In this document: positions 26,426-35,907 of the stretch, piece after piece
Numbering within the stretch: the stretch's first letter is position 1
How the letters are laid out: each line of letters starts with the position of its first letter
Source of the DNA: an uncultured Fimbriimonadales bacterium
GTDB lineage: Bacteria > Armatimonadota > Fimbriimonadia > Fimbriimonadales > GBS-DC
Direction of reading: 5' to 3'
Assembly (NCBI GenBank): GCA_964451985.1
Contig: CAYVKB010000002.1
Coordinates: 32,240-96,239, forward strand
DNA: 64,000 bases
The notes under the pieces: generated by a model
The model's input: the letters and a program-made list of their open reading frames with translations, nothing else
Database searches by the model: none
What the model was told of the DNA's origin: nothing
Position numbers and translations under genes: made by a program

Positions 26426-28945
26426 TCAGCAGCCGGTACCAAAGTTAAACAATACCACCAACAAGTCTGCATCGTCGACCACGCCATCGCGGTTCACATC
26501 GGCTTGAGGATTGTTTGAGCCGAAGGCGAACAGCACCAGCAGCAAGTCAGCATCGTCGATTACACCATCCTGATTCAGGTCGCCCGCGTTCATTGTGAAG
26601 TTCAGGGTGGTAATGTTGTTGAGCATGGTGTTGGTCTGAGTGCAGAGCCATACGCCACTGGGGGTGGTAAGACGCACATTGGCTGCGCCTGAAAGTTGCG
26701 TATCGAAGGCGAAGCTGCCGTTCGCACCAAGCGTTGTATTTATCGTCTCCTGCTGACTGCCTGCTTGCAGCACGAAGCGCACAGCCGTTCCTTGCGGGTT
26801 GGAGACGCCCTGGAGCGTGACCTGCCCCTGCACACGCACGGGCTGCACAGTGAGCGTGTTCGTGGAGAACGAGGCGGCGTAGGTACTGTCGCCTTCGAAC
26901 TCGGCGCGTACAGTCTGGTTGCCCAGCGGCATGTTTAGAGGGAGGGTGTAGTTCAGCGTCGCGACACCTGACATGTTGGTAACGGCATTACCCACAACGG
27001 CGTCGTTCACCTTAAAGGTTATCGTGCGTCCGCTAAGTGGGGCGTTGTCTAAGCTCTGGCGTAGGGTGGCTTGGAGCGCAACGGTCTGCCCCCGCCTGCC
27101 GCTGACTGCTGGTACGCTAACTGAAGTTGCGAGGCGCACCTGCATCACCCCCGCGAATATGCGGTCGTCTACCTGAAAGTCGCCCGTGTTGATCGTATTG
27201 CTGTTATTGCGGTCGAACCAGAGTGCGGTCAGCACATCGTAGGTTCCTGCAGCGGCGTCATTCGGAATAAGGAAGAAGCGCGAGCGACTGTTCGTTCCCT
27301 CCACAAGGCTCACTTTCAAGTCGCGCGATGGGTCGGAAATCCAGTTGCCCGTACCAAGCCGAATGGACGCGCCCAAAATCACCTGAAAGTCGTGCGTGGC
27401 GTTGATAGTGAAGCCTAGCGTCGCTTGCATGCCTGTGCGTACAGGGTTGGGGCTGACCGAAAGGTTCTGAATTGTGGCGACGCCACCTTGCACCAGCTGA
27501 TAGCCCCCCGGCGCGTAGTAGTGGCTCAGAATCTGTTGCCAGTTTTTGGTGCCGTAGCCGTGCAAAGGCGCGCTGCTGGTACAAGCCTGACTACTGGAAA
27601 GTCGCCTGCCCGTCGCCCAGCGCGCAGAGCCCCACTGACATAGTCCACGCCCATGCCCGTTTAGTGCAAAACCTGTGCAGACGGGGTCAGAAATGCAGGG
27701 CCAACTGCTACCCGTGCCTGAAAAGCCATCGCCACAGCCCGCGTTGTTGTTCTCCGCTGAGTATTCCGAACGCGCGAGGTTGCCTGAGCTGGTGAGTAGC
27801 ACATAGCGCGTGGTGGCGTCCACCGCCGCGTTCCCGTTGCTGCTCTGGTTGCCCGTGAACACTTGACACGAGGTGGAGTCGCAGATGTCGTAGCTACTGT
27901 TGATGGGCGTGTATACAAAAGACACGCCATAGCTGCGCACAGCGACTGCACCCGCCCTGAGCGACTCCATGCCCGCGGGCGGGTTCTCGCTACCGAAGCG
28001 CACGTTGCCCCAGCAGGCGTACCACTCGCTGGTTATTACGCCCTTGCAGTAGGTATCGATTGTATACACTTCCACGCCGCCGGGGCAGTTGGTACGCGAA
28101 GTGCAGTTGCGACCCACCTTAATGTACTTGGGCAGCACAATCGGTGCAGGCGCAGCGGGGAAGAAGTCGCCTTCGTCCGAGTGAGTTTGCCTCGTAGTGT
28201 CAGGCGGCGCGACTTCAATTTGTTTTTCGCAATCCGTGCAGGGTAGTGCAGGTTCCTCTTCGCGGTGGCGGGGCGAGCGCATATCGCGCGTCTCAACACC
28301 TGTCCCTGCTTGCATCGTAAGCCGATAAATCCAGTCGCCCTCGCTCCACAGGCGCACCTTCTCCAGCAGCAGGGTGCGGTAGCCAGGCAACTCCAGCGCG
28401 AGCGTCGCGTAGGGCTGCAGCTTGTCCTGCAAGTCGCGAATCGGGAACTGTAGGTAAAACAGCCCGCGCGAGTCGGTATACGCTTCACCTGCGTGGTTCA
28501 GCGGGCGCACGCGCACCTTCTCCAGGGGCTGCCCTGTCTGCTCGTCCATAACAAAACCCACCACAATCATCTGGTTCAGCTTGCGCTGCGCCCACAGATA
28601 CCGCCAGTCGGTCTCCTGCGGCGGCTCAAGCGGATCCAGGTAAAACCGATGTGGCGGCGTGTTGGGATCGACTCTCAGAGTGATTGCCATAGGTTGGTAG
28701 CCATCTACCGAGGCGTGCAACACATAGTCGCCCTCAGGCAGTTGCGCGGCGAGCTGTCCATCCGGTAGAGAACGGAAAGCGTAGGATTGTCCAGTGTTTT
28801 GCTCAGTCAATGAGACTTCTGCGCTTAGCGCGCGCCCCGAAACCGAGTCGTGGAACCGCAAATCCAGCCACTGCTGCGCTGATACGCTCTGTACTGCCAG
28901 CAACAGTAAACCCAACCATGCCCAGCCTTCCGTCCAAAGTCGCAT
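26426..28945 (-). CDS. secreted multidomain protein: SpoIID/LytB-like domain, Ig-like repeats, C-terminal dockerin-like pair
   Basis: Signal peptide MRLWTEGWAWLGLLLLAVQSVSAQQ. LRAGAVAVRSYG...YDICDSTSCQVFTG resembles SpoIID/LytB. C-terminus DLNQDGVIDDADLLLVLFAFG...DVNRDGVVDDADLLVVLFNFGTGC. Start set at ATG 28945. Confidence 0.75.
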   Translation of the reverse strand: MRLWTEGWAWLGLLLLAVQSVSAQQWLDLRFHDSVSGRALSAEVSLTEQNTGQSYAFRSLPDGQLAAQLPEGDYVLHASVDGYQPMAITLRVDPNTPPHRFYLDPLEPPQETDWRYLWAQRKLNQMIVVGFVMDEQTGQPLEKVRVRPLNHAGEAYTDSRGLFYLQFPIRDLQDKLQPYATLALELPGYRTLLLEKVRLWSEGDWIYRLTMQAGTGVETRDMRSPRHREEEPALPCTDCEKQIEVAPPDTTRQTHSDEGDFFPAAPAPIVLPKYIKVGRNCTSRTNCPGGVEVYTIDTYCKGVITSEWYACWGNVRFGSENPPAGMESLRAGAVAVRSYGVSFVYTPINSSYDICDSTSCQVFTGNQSSNGNAAVDATTRYVLLTSSGNLARSEYSAENNNAGCGDGFSGTGSSWPCISDPVCTGFALNGHGRGLCQWGSARWATGRRLSSSQACTSSAPLHGYGTKNWQQILSHYYAPGGYQLVQGGVATIQNLSVSPNPVRTGMQATLGFTINATHDFQVILGASIRLGTGNWISDPSRDLKVSLVEGTNSRSRFFLIPNDAAAGTYDVLTALWFDRNNSNTINTGDFQVDDRIFAGVMQVRLATSVSVPAVSGRRGQTVALQATLRQSLDNAPLSGRTITFKVNDAVVGNAVTNMSGVATLNYTLPLNMPLGNQTVRAEFEGDSTYAASFSTNTLTVQPVRVQGQVTLQGVSNPQGTAVRFVLQAGSQQETINTTLGANGSFAFDTQLSGAANVRLTTPSGVWLCTQTNTMLNNITTLNFTMNAGDLNQDGVIDDADLLLVLFAFGSNNPQADVNRDGVVDDADLLVVLFNFGTGC

Positions 28946-28951
28946 ACCTCC

Positions 28952-28978
28952 ATTATAGCCTATTTCAGGGAGTGTCAA
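28952..28978 (-). promoter_or_regulatory. near-consensus promoter TTGACA-15-TATAAT, with the -10 box only 6 nt from the ATG
   Basis: Minus-strand TTGACA (28973-28978), TATAAT (28952-28957), then GGAGGT and ATG 28945. Confidence 0.5.
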
Positions 28979-29007
28979 GGTGTACTTAAGGCAGGGGATA
29001 GTACGGT

Positions 29008-29030
29008 ATCATTCTGAGCAAAGCGTTAAC
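29008..29030 (+). repeat. copy of the short CATTCTGAGCAAAGCG element; supplies the last codons and stop of the formimidoyltransferase ORF
   Basis: ATCATTCTGAGCAAAGCGTTAAC. On the minus strand it reads ..LTLCSE-stop. Confidence 0.4.
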
Positions 29031-29914
29031 ACAATCTGTCGCGCTTCAATCTGTTGGAGCTTCAAAGCCGATTGCAACGCTCGTGCCGCGTCGTCCGCCG
29101 ATAGCACGCCAACCAGCTCGGTCTCGACGACCTCCGCGCCCAACGCATGCGCCCTGTGTTTCACGGCTTCCGTGACGCGAAATAGGTCGGTTTGCTGGGT
29201 TCGTGTGATATTCAGTGACACTTGGGCGACGCCGCGGGTGGGCAGCCACAGCCCCAGCGCACGCACGCCCTGAAGCACAGGGTTCTGCTCACGCTCCTGA
29301 CGAATCCAGCGCACGATTTGCTGGGCGAGGGCGACGTCAGGCGGATGGATATTCAGATTGAACGCAATCAGCGGGTCGCGCACGCCCATAATCGTTGCAC
29401 CAGCAGTGGGGTGAAGCCGTTTGGGACCGAAGTCAGGCTCGCGTTCACCCGTGAGCCGCTTGCCGAGCCAGCCTTCGAAACCGCCCTTGCGCAGAGTGGG
29501 CAAATCGCGGATGCGTCCCGCGCTGGCGGAATGCTCGTACAGATACACCGGCACCCGCAGTCGCCGCGCGAAACTTTTCGCCACGCGATACGAGAACGCC
29601 ACTGCCTGCTCGCGCGTCAGCCCTGACAGCGGCACGAACGGAACCACATCCACTGCCCCGATGCGCGGATGCGCCCCCTGATGGCACGTGAGATCGATTC
29701 GCTCGATGGCTACCCCGGCTGCTCGCAACACCGCCCGCTGCACCTGCCGAGGTGTCCCTGAAAACCCCAGCACCATCCGATGGTGGTCGTAGTCCCACGA
29801 GAGGTGGTGCATTTGCACGCCTGCGCTTGCCGCCGCGTCCGCAATTGCGTGAATCGTCGCCTCGTCGCGCCCCTCCGAGAAGTTGGGGATACATAACACT
29901 CGCGCTCTGTCCAT
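29009..29914 (-). CDS. glutamate formimidoyltransferase
   Basis: LCIPNFSEGRD...HHRMV...HPRIGAVDVVPFVPL. Confidence 0.85.
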   Translation of the reverse strand: MDRARVLCIPNFSEGRDEATIHAIADAAASAGVQMHHLSWDYDHHRMVLGFSGTPRQVQRAVLRAAGVAIERIDLTCHQGAHPRIGAVDVVPFVPLSGLTREQAVAFSYRVAKSFARRLRVPVYLYEHSASAGRIRDLPTLRKGGFEGWLGKRLTGEREPDFGPKRLHPTAGATIMGVRDPLIAFNLNIHPPDVALAQQIVRWIRQEREQNPVLQGVRALGLWLPTRGVAQVSLNITRTQQTDLFRVTEAVKHRAHALGAEVVETELVGVLSADDAARALQSALKLQQIEARQIVLTLCSE

Positions 29915-29922
29915 ATCCCCGA

Positions 29923-29948
29923 ATTATACTGAGCACAGCAGGTATACT
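29923..29948. promoter_or_regulatory. back-to-back divergent -10 boxes in a 41-nt intergenic gap
   Basis: Minus-strand TATAAT (29923-29928) lies 8 nt from ATG 29914. Plus-strand TATACT (29943-29948) lies 7 nt from ATG 29956. Neither has an SD sequence. Confidence 0.45.
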
Positions 29949-29955
29949 CGCCCGC

Positions 29956-31341
29956 ATGAGCATCACGCTCACATTTTTGGGAGCAGCAGGTGTCGTCACG
30001 GGCAGCAAGTACCTACTCACTATCGAAGATAAACATTATCTGGTCGATTGCGGGCTGTTTCAAGGCGCGCGCGAATGGAAAGCCCTCAACTGGGAAACGC
30101 TCCCGATTCAACCAAGTGACATTCGCGCAGTGTTGTTGACCCACGCGCATATCGATCATTCGGGCTACCTGCCGCGCTTAACGGCTCAGGGATTTCGCGG
30201 TGCGGTCTACGCGACGCCCGCCACCTGCGCCCTGCTGGAGATTATGCTGCTGGATTCGGCGAAGCTGCAAGAGCAAGACGCCGAGTACGCCAATCGCGAG
30301 GGCTACAGTCGCCACCAGCCCGCTCTGCCGCTCTACGCCACCGAAGACGCCGAAGCCAGTTTAGAACACCTGCGCGCCACGCCGTTCCACACAATGCTGA
30401 CCCTCGACTCGTTGCAGGTGTTCTTCTATCCGATGGGGCATATCTTAGGCTCCGCCGCGATTGAAATCCAGCTGCCCAACAACCGACGCTTGCTCTTTTC
30501 TGGCGACATCGGACGCTACGAAGACCCGATTATGCGCCCGCCGACGGAGTTTCCCGGTGGCGCAGACTATATCGTGATGGAGTCCACCTACGGCGACCGC
30601 CTCCACAAACCAGACACTGTGGAGACCCTGTTGATTGAGGCGATTGAGCATATCCACAGCACGCAGGGGGTTCTGTTAGTACCTGCGTTTGCGGTGGGGC
30701 GAGCGCAGTTGCTGTTGTATCATATCCGTCGGTTGCAGGAAGCGGGTCGCATTCCGCCGATGCGCGTCTATGTAGATAGTCCGATGGCGCAAAACGCCAC
30801 GCGCCTCTACTGCCATTTCAGCGACGACTTGAATCTGGAGACCAGCCCCGGCGGCGAGTGCGAGGGGCAACTACCGCTGTATTGCTATCACACACAGTTT
30901 GTGCAAACCGTTTCGCAATCGAAGTCCCTGAACGTGCAGTCGGGTCCGATGCTGATTATCTCCGCCAGCGGGATGTGTACGGGGGGGCGGATTCTGCATC
31001 ATCTGAAGGCGCGCCTGCCCGACCCACGCAACGCAGTGCTGTTCGTGGGTTATCAGGCAGAGGGGACGCGTGGGCGCATGCTGCTGGACGGCGCATCCGA
31101 AATCACCATTCATGGCGAACCTGTACAGGTACGGGCGCGTATTTTTCAAACCTCCGCGCTGTCAGCGCACGCGGACCGGGCGGAACTACTCCGCTGGGTG
31201 AACGCGATACAGGTTGTACCGCAGCAGTTGCTGCTCACACACGGCGAGCCGCACGCACGCGAGACTCTCCGCACGCTGGTTGTAGACCAGCGTGGCTGGA
31301 ATGTGCACTTGCCCCAGCATGGCGAGACAATTTCGTTATAG
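29956..31341 (+). CDS. MBL-fold beta-CASP family RNA-metabolising hydrolase
   Basis: MSITLTFLGAAGVVTGSKYLL...DCGLFQG...LTHAHIDHSGYLP...ESTYGDR...HADRAELL. The track ORF 29752.. is an upstream extension. Confidence 0.85.
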   Translation: MSITLTFLGAAGVVTGSKYLLTIEDKHYLVDCGLFQGAREWKALNWETLPIQPSDIRAVLLTHAHIDHSGYLPRLTAQGFRGAVYATPATCALLEIMLLDSAKLQEQDAEYANREGYSRHQPALPLYATEDAEASLEHLRATPFHTMLTLDSLQVFFYPMGHILGSAAIEIQLPNNRRLLFSGDIGRYEDPIMRPPTEFPGGADYIVMESTYGDRLHKPDTVETLLIEAIEHIHSTQGVLLVPAFAVGRAQLLLYHIRRLQEAGRIPPMRVYVDSPMAQNATRLYCHFSDDLNLETSPGGECEGQLPLYCYHTQFVQTVSQSKSLNVQSGPMLIISASGMCTGGRILHHLKARLPDPRNAVLFVGYQAEGTRGRMLLDGASEITIHGEPVQVRARIFQTSALSAHADRAELLRWVNAIQVVPQQLLLTHGEPHARETLRTLVVDQRGWNVHLPQHGETISL

Positions 31342-31397
31342 CGTAGAACTGGTGTATAATAAAGGCAGGCAAATCTGCCGAAAGGAGGCTTACGACG

Positions 31398-32744
31398 ATG
31401 CGCAAACGCATGCTATGGTCAATTGTGACGACGAGCGCGTTGCTGACGCTGGCAAACGCTCAGATGAACCATCAGGAACAGGGCGACGCAGGCGACCTGC
31501 CCGAAACCGCCCAGGCGACTGGAACCGATACGAGTACGCAATTAGCAGCAATTCGCGGCACGCTGGGCGCAAGCGATGTGGATATGTATGTGATTTACAT
31601 CGCTGATCCTGCAAACTTTGTTGCGACAACTGTGAACAACAATACTAACTTCGACACGCAGCTCTGGCTGTTCGACTCCGAGGGCAAGGGTGTGGCGTTC
31701 AACGACGATGTTGGGGGCGATACGCCAGGACGCTCGAGAATTGACAACTCTTCGGAGCTATTGACGAATCGCAGTGCGGGGATTTATTATGTGGCGATTT
31801 CGCGCTACGATAGGGACGCGATTGGCTGTGGTGATCGTCTGATGTGGCTGAACACACCGTTCACAGGTGTGCGCGCGCCGAACGGTCCGGATGCGGCGAC
31901 CCGCGTGGCGGGCTGGTTGAACACAACAAGTGCAGCAGGCAACTACGAAATCACGTTCACGAATGCGTTCACGGCACCGGCGCAAGCCAATATTCCGCCC
32001 TGTCCACCGTTCGACGGCTGGGATGAGACAGGTAACGGCGGCGGTGATGCGGGCGACCTCCCTGGCAGTGCGCAGCTGATTCAAAGCCCCGAGGCACAGG
32101 CTTGCCAGACCCCTGTGCAGCGTGTGCGCGGGCGCATGGGCGCGGACGATGTGGATATGTATGTCATCTGCATTACGAACCCTGCCCAATTCTCTGCCAG
32201 CACAGTGGGCACCACCACATGGGATACACAGCTGTGGCTGTTCAAATGTGACGGCTTAGGCGTGGTGTTCAACGATGATAACCCAGACGCTACAACCGGT
32301 TTACAATCGCGTATTGACAATCGCACAAACTGCATATCGCAAGCGGGCGTGTACCTGTTAGCGATTAGTCGCTACAACCGCGACGCCGTGGCGCAAGATG
32401 GGCAGCCCATCTGGAATCCCACAGGTGCAGGACGCGGCGTGCGCTGCCCTGATGGCATTCGCGCGGATCAGCCTGTAGCAGGTTGGGCAGGCGCGACAAT
32501 GGCGGAGCTGCAGCGCTACGTTATTCAGCTCACGGGCGCATTCTTCGTGAGCGCGGGCGGCTGTTGCATCACGGCGGGCGGCGATGTGAACCTCGACGGC
32601 TGCATCGACGACGCCGACCTGCTGGCAATTCTGTTCGCCTTCGGACAGACCGGGCAGTTCCTGCCCGAGGACGTCACCTGCGATGGCGTAGTGGACGATG
32701 CCGACCTACTGACGGTGCTGTTCGGTTTCGGACAGGGGTGTTAA
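31398..32744 (+). CDS. secreted protein with two PPC-like (DVDMYVI) modules and a C-terminal dockerin-like pair
   Basis: Signal peptide. Internal duplication GDAGDLP..AQ...DVDMYVI...DTQLWLF...FNDD...SRIDN...AISRY.RDA occurs twice. C-terminus DVNLDGCIDDADLLAILFAFG...DVTCDGVVDDADLLTVLFGFGQGC. Confidence 0.7.
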   Translation: MRKRMLWSIVTTSALLTLANAQMNHQEQGDAGDLPETAQATGTDTSTQLAAIRGTLGASDVDMYVIYIADPANFVATTVNNNTNFDTQLWLFDSEGKGVAFNDDVGGDTPGRSRIDNSSELLTNRSAGIYYVAISRYDRDAIGCGDRLMWLNTPFTGVRAPNGPDAATRVAGWLNTTSAAGNYEITFTNAFTAPAQANIPPCPPFDGWDETGNGGGDAGDLPGSAQLIQSPEAQACQTPVQRVRGRMGADDVDMYVICITNPAQFSASTVGTTTWDTQLWLFKCDGLGVVFNDDNPDATTGLQSRIDNRTNCISQAGVYLLAISRYNRDAVAQDGQPIWNPTGAGRGVRCPDGIRADQPVAGWAGATMAELQRYVIQLTGAFFVSAGGCCITAGGDVNLDGCIDDADLLAILFAFGQTGQFLPEDVTCDGVVDDADLLTVLFGFGQGC

Positions 32745-32856
32745 TAGGCAGACACGGAGCAGGTGGAGCGTGAATGCAAGGGCGCGGAGGTCTTTTCCGC
32801 GCCCTCTGCGTTATTTGGAGTTGTGAGATGTTTTACTCCGCTCGGTACGAGAAAGT

Positions 32857-34542
32857 CTACAGCCTTAGCTCCACGCGCACAACACCCGCGCGATCGTGTT
32901 TAGCGGTGAGGCGCACAGTTCCGCCTAGCGGAGCGTGTATGACCCATTCCACTTTGGCGCGGTCGTCGGTCGGATCAGTATTCCACACGCTGGCGGCGCT
33001 GGGCTTGTAGGCGCGTCCTTCCAGCTGCCCTAACTCTTCGCGTGGCTTGCCCGAACGCAAGGTTGCTCCCTCAGGTAGTTCGATCTCAGCAATCACGCCG
33101 CGCACCACCTTTTTCTCCAACGCCTTTTTGGTGATGTAGGTGGGTAGCCAGCCTGTGTTCTGCACGACAAGGCGCACTTTGTAGATGCCCTCGCCAAGCG
33201 AATCTGCCTGCGCCTCGTAAATCTCCAGCTTCGGCGAAATCAGTAGATGCCACACCAGCCAGTCGGGGAACAGCGCGACCTCTTTTTCTAGAAACTCGGG
33301 TGGTGGGTTGCGCCACGCATAGAGCGCGTTCCAGCCCCCTAACTCCACCTTGCCCAGCTGCGGATGCTCAAACTCGTGCCAGTCCACATAGCCTTTGCCG
33401 CCCAGAACCTCGTCGCTCCACTTGAGCAGTTTCAGGTCATCTTCTACAGGATGCTCACGGTACCAGTCGATAAACTTATACTCGGTGATGCCCGCCTGAC
33501 GCTGTGGACTCCAAATCTCCACTGTCCACGCGAACACACCCATGTGGTCGTACATCCAGTCGTCGAACACGCCCGAAATGTACTCCTTGGGGTGATATTT
33601 GAAGTCATGGTACACCGAGATATTCGGGTAGCCCGTGATTGCGGTGCCTTTCGCGCCGATTTTCTGATAAGTCCAGAGGTCTTCGGCAGGGAAGCTGTCG
33701 TCGGGCTGGTGGCTGTAGGGGCGCAGCAGCACGCCGCTCCAAGTATGAAATGTGATCCCGCCCGTGATGTTAGGGTGCTTGGCGATGAAGTCCACAATCG
33801 CGCGCACTTCAGGTTCGGAGGTGGGGTACGGACCTGCGCCGTGTTGTTCATATTCCTGCCGCCAGTTGCTGGGGAAGTTGCGATTGAGGTCCAAGCCCTC
33901 TTTTTTCGGCTGGATGGTCAGAATTGCAGGGTCGAACGGCTCATCGAACCTGCCTTCGGGCAAGATGCGGTAGTATTCGCCGCCCACCTCGTCGGGTTCC
34001 CGACGAATCATCAGGCGTGGCTCGTCGGGATGTTTCTTCCAGTTCCCGTTCGGGTCGGGAATGCGCATCATGAGCATCCGTCCGTCACCATCGATGTCCT
34101 CGGTCACCAGTCCGCCGATGGGTTCTTCGTCGTAGGGGTAGGGGCGTGTGCTAGAACGGACGATTTTGGGCTTGTCGGCAAGCGCCCACTCCGCGCCGTC
34201 GGGATTCACACGCGGGCAGATGTAAAATGTGCGCGTATCCAGACAGCGTGTGATTTTGTCATCCTTGCCATACTCGCCTGTGAGTCGGTGCAAGAGATAC
34301 AGGCACGCGCTGGAGGGAGATACCTCGCTGGCGTGAATGTTGCCGTCCACCCACAGCGCGGGCTTCTCTTCGGCGGAACCTGTGGCGAAATTGGTCACGG
34401 TCAGCAGCCAAATGTCGCGCCCCTCATAACTCTTGCCGATGCCCTGAATGCGCACGAGGTTAGGAAACTCTTCAGCGTAAGCGTGTAAAATCTGTGTCAG
34501 CTCGTCGTAGCGATAGTAGGTATCGAAACGCACCTGCGGCAT
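32857..34542 (-). CDS. M14-family zinc carboxypeptidase
   Basis: YYRYDELTQILHAYAEEFPNLVRIQGIGKSYEGRDIWLLTVTN...GNIHASE. Start set at ATG 34542 with a GGAGGA RBS. Confidence 0.85.
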   Translation of the reverse strand: MPQVRFDTYYRYDELTQILHAYAEEFPNLVRIQGIGKSYEGRDIWLLTVTNFATGSAEEKPALWVDGNIHASEVSPSSACLYLLHRLTGEYGKDDKITRCLDTRTFYICPRVNPDGAEWALADKPKIVRSSTRPYPYDEEPIGGLVTEDIDGDGRMLMMRIPDPNGNWKKHPDEPRLMIRREPDEVGGEYYRILPEGRFDEPFDPAILTIQPKKEGLDLNRNFPSNWRQEYEQHGAGPYPTSEPEVRAIVDFIAKHPNITGGITFHTWSGVLLRPYSHQPDDSFPAEDLWTYQKIGAKGTAITGYPNISVYHDFKYHPKEYISGVFDDWMYDHMGVFAWTVEIWSPQRQAGITEYKFIDWYREHPVEDDLKLLKWSDEVLGGKGYVDWHEFEHPQLGKVELGGWNALYAWRNPPPEFLEKEVALFPDWLVWHLLISPKLEIYEAQADSLGEGIYKVRLVVQNTGWLPTYITKKALEKKVVRGVIAEIELPEGATLRSGKPREELGQLEGRAYKPSAASVWNTDPTDDRAKVEWVIHAPLGGTVRLTAKHDRAGVVRVELRL

Positions 34543-34620
34543 AGGTATCCTCCGAAGGGCACATTCGTCGAATTGAGTGGTTTCCCTGCTGATTTTGAGC
34601 ATGCCAGAAGCCTCGTTCCA

Positions 34621-34680
34621 TTCGGAGTGACAAACGGTCTTTGTCCAAAATCTTTGTTATTCCGAGCAAAGCGACGCATC
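34621..34680. repeat. short inverted-repeat element (TTCGGAGTGAC ... GTTATTCCGAGCAAAGCGACGCATC)
   Basis: The arms flank an inner hairpin GACAAA-cggtc-TTTGTC. Related to the element at 50638-50715. Confidence 0.4.
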
Positions 34681-34735
34681 GCCCTCTGCGCTGGTTCGGA
34701 TAGAAGGAGCCTCCTTCGAGTACAATCTACCCGCG

Positions 34736-35482
34736 ATGAGTCTGGCGCAAACCTATTTCGAGCGCGTCCGTGCGCAGATAACTGAACTGGAGCGACGGTC
34801 GCTAACTGCCATCGAGCAAGCTGCTGACCAGTGCTCTGAATGCCTGCTGCAGGGTGGCGTGATTCATGTGTACGACACAGGGCACTTAGTCTCGCGCGAA
34901 CTGATTAACCGCGCGGGTGGCTTGGCGGCGTTCAGCTCGCTAAGTTTCGATTTGCAAGTGACCAACACGAACCCCTACCGCGAGGCGCATGGCGTCGGTG
35001 CGCAAACCACGCCCGAAACCGTGCGCTGCATCGTCCACGCCGCTTTAGACCGAAGCCGAGTCGCCCCTAACGATGTGCTCATTATCGGCAGCGTGTCAGG
35101 CAAGACGCCTTTCCCTGTGGAACTGGCAATTCAGGCAAAGGCACGTGGCGTGTTCACGATTGGACTTACGGCGATTGACTACTCGTCCGAGCTCCAATCC
35201 GAACACGAATCGGGCAAGCGGCTGTTCGAGGTGGTGGATTTAGTGATTGACAACGCTGCACCCTATGGCGACGCGATGCTGAGTTTAGAGGGTGTGGAGA
35301 CGGCGTTCTGCCCCGCATCGGGCGTCGGCGCGGCAGTCGCGCTGTGGGCGTTGGTCGCGGGCATCGTGGAGCGCATGGCGGCGCAGGGCAAGCCCCCCAC
35401 TCTCTTAGCCAGTATCAACCGTCCCAACGGTATGGAGCATTACAAGCAAACCATCGAGCAGTATAAGCAGCGGGGCTACTGA
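34736..35482 (+). CDS. SIS-domain protein (UPF0309-like)
   Basis: 248 aa: GGVIHVYDTGH...IIGSVSGKT, a sugar-isomerase-domain pattern. Confidence 0.7.
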   Translation: MSLAQTYFERVRAQITELERRSLTAIEQAADQCSECLLQGGVIHVYDTGHLVSRELINRAGGLAAFSSLSFDLQVTNTNPYREAHGVGAQTTPETVRCIVHAALDRSRVAPNDVLIIGSVSGKTPFPVELAIQAKARGVFTIGLTAIDYSSELQSEHESGKRLFEVVDLVIDNAAPYGDAMLSLEGVETAFCPASGVGAAVALWALVAGIVERMAAQGKPPTLLASINRPNGMEHYKQTIEQYKQRGY

Positions 35483-35483
35483 A

Positions 35484-35903
35484 ATGGCGACGGAACCGAA
35501 GTTGGTGCTTTTTGTGTGCGTGGGCAACTCGTGTCGCAGCCAGATGGCGGAGGGCTTCGGCAACCATTACGGTCAGGGCAAAGTGGTAGCTTTTAGCGCG
35601 GGTATCGCCCCGTCGGGCAGAGTCCACCCACTTGCCACTGAAGCCATGCGCGAGGTCGGCATCGACATCACGCGCCAGACCTCCAAAAGCGTGGATGAGT
35701 TCGATATCACCCAGTTCGACGCCGTCGTGAGCCTGTGCGATGTCCCCACCGATGAACTCTGCCCCGCGACCTATACGGGCATCCAGGAACACTGGAACAT
35801 CCCTGACCCCATCGGGCTGCCAATAGACGAGTTCCGTCGTGTGCGCGCAATGATTGAAGAACGCGTGAAAGAGTTAGTGCAACGCCTTGCCGACGATGCG
35901 TGA
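35484..35903 (+). CDS. arsC: arsenate reductase, thioredoxin-coupled LMW-PTPase family
   Basis: LFVCVGNSCRSQMAEG (CX5R loop) plus a downstream Cys pair in SLCDVPTDELCPA. Confidence 0.85.
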   Translation: MATEPKLVLFVCVGNSCRSQMAEGFGNHYGQGKVVAFSAGIAPSGRVHPLATEAMREVGIDITRQTSKSVDEFDITQFDAVVSLCDVPTDELCPATYTGIQEHWNIPDPIGLPIDEFRRVRAMIEERVKELVQRLADDA

Positions 35904-35907
35904 ACCT

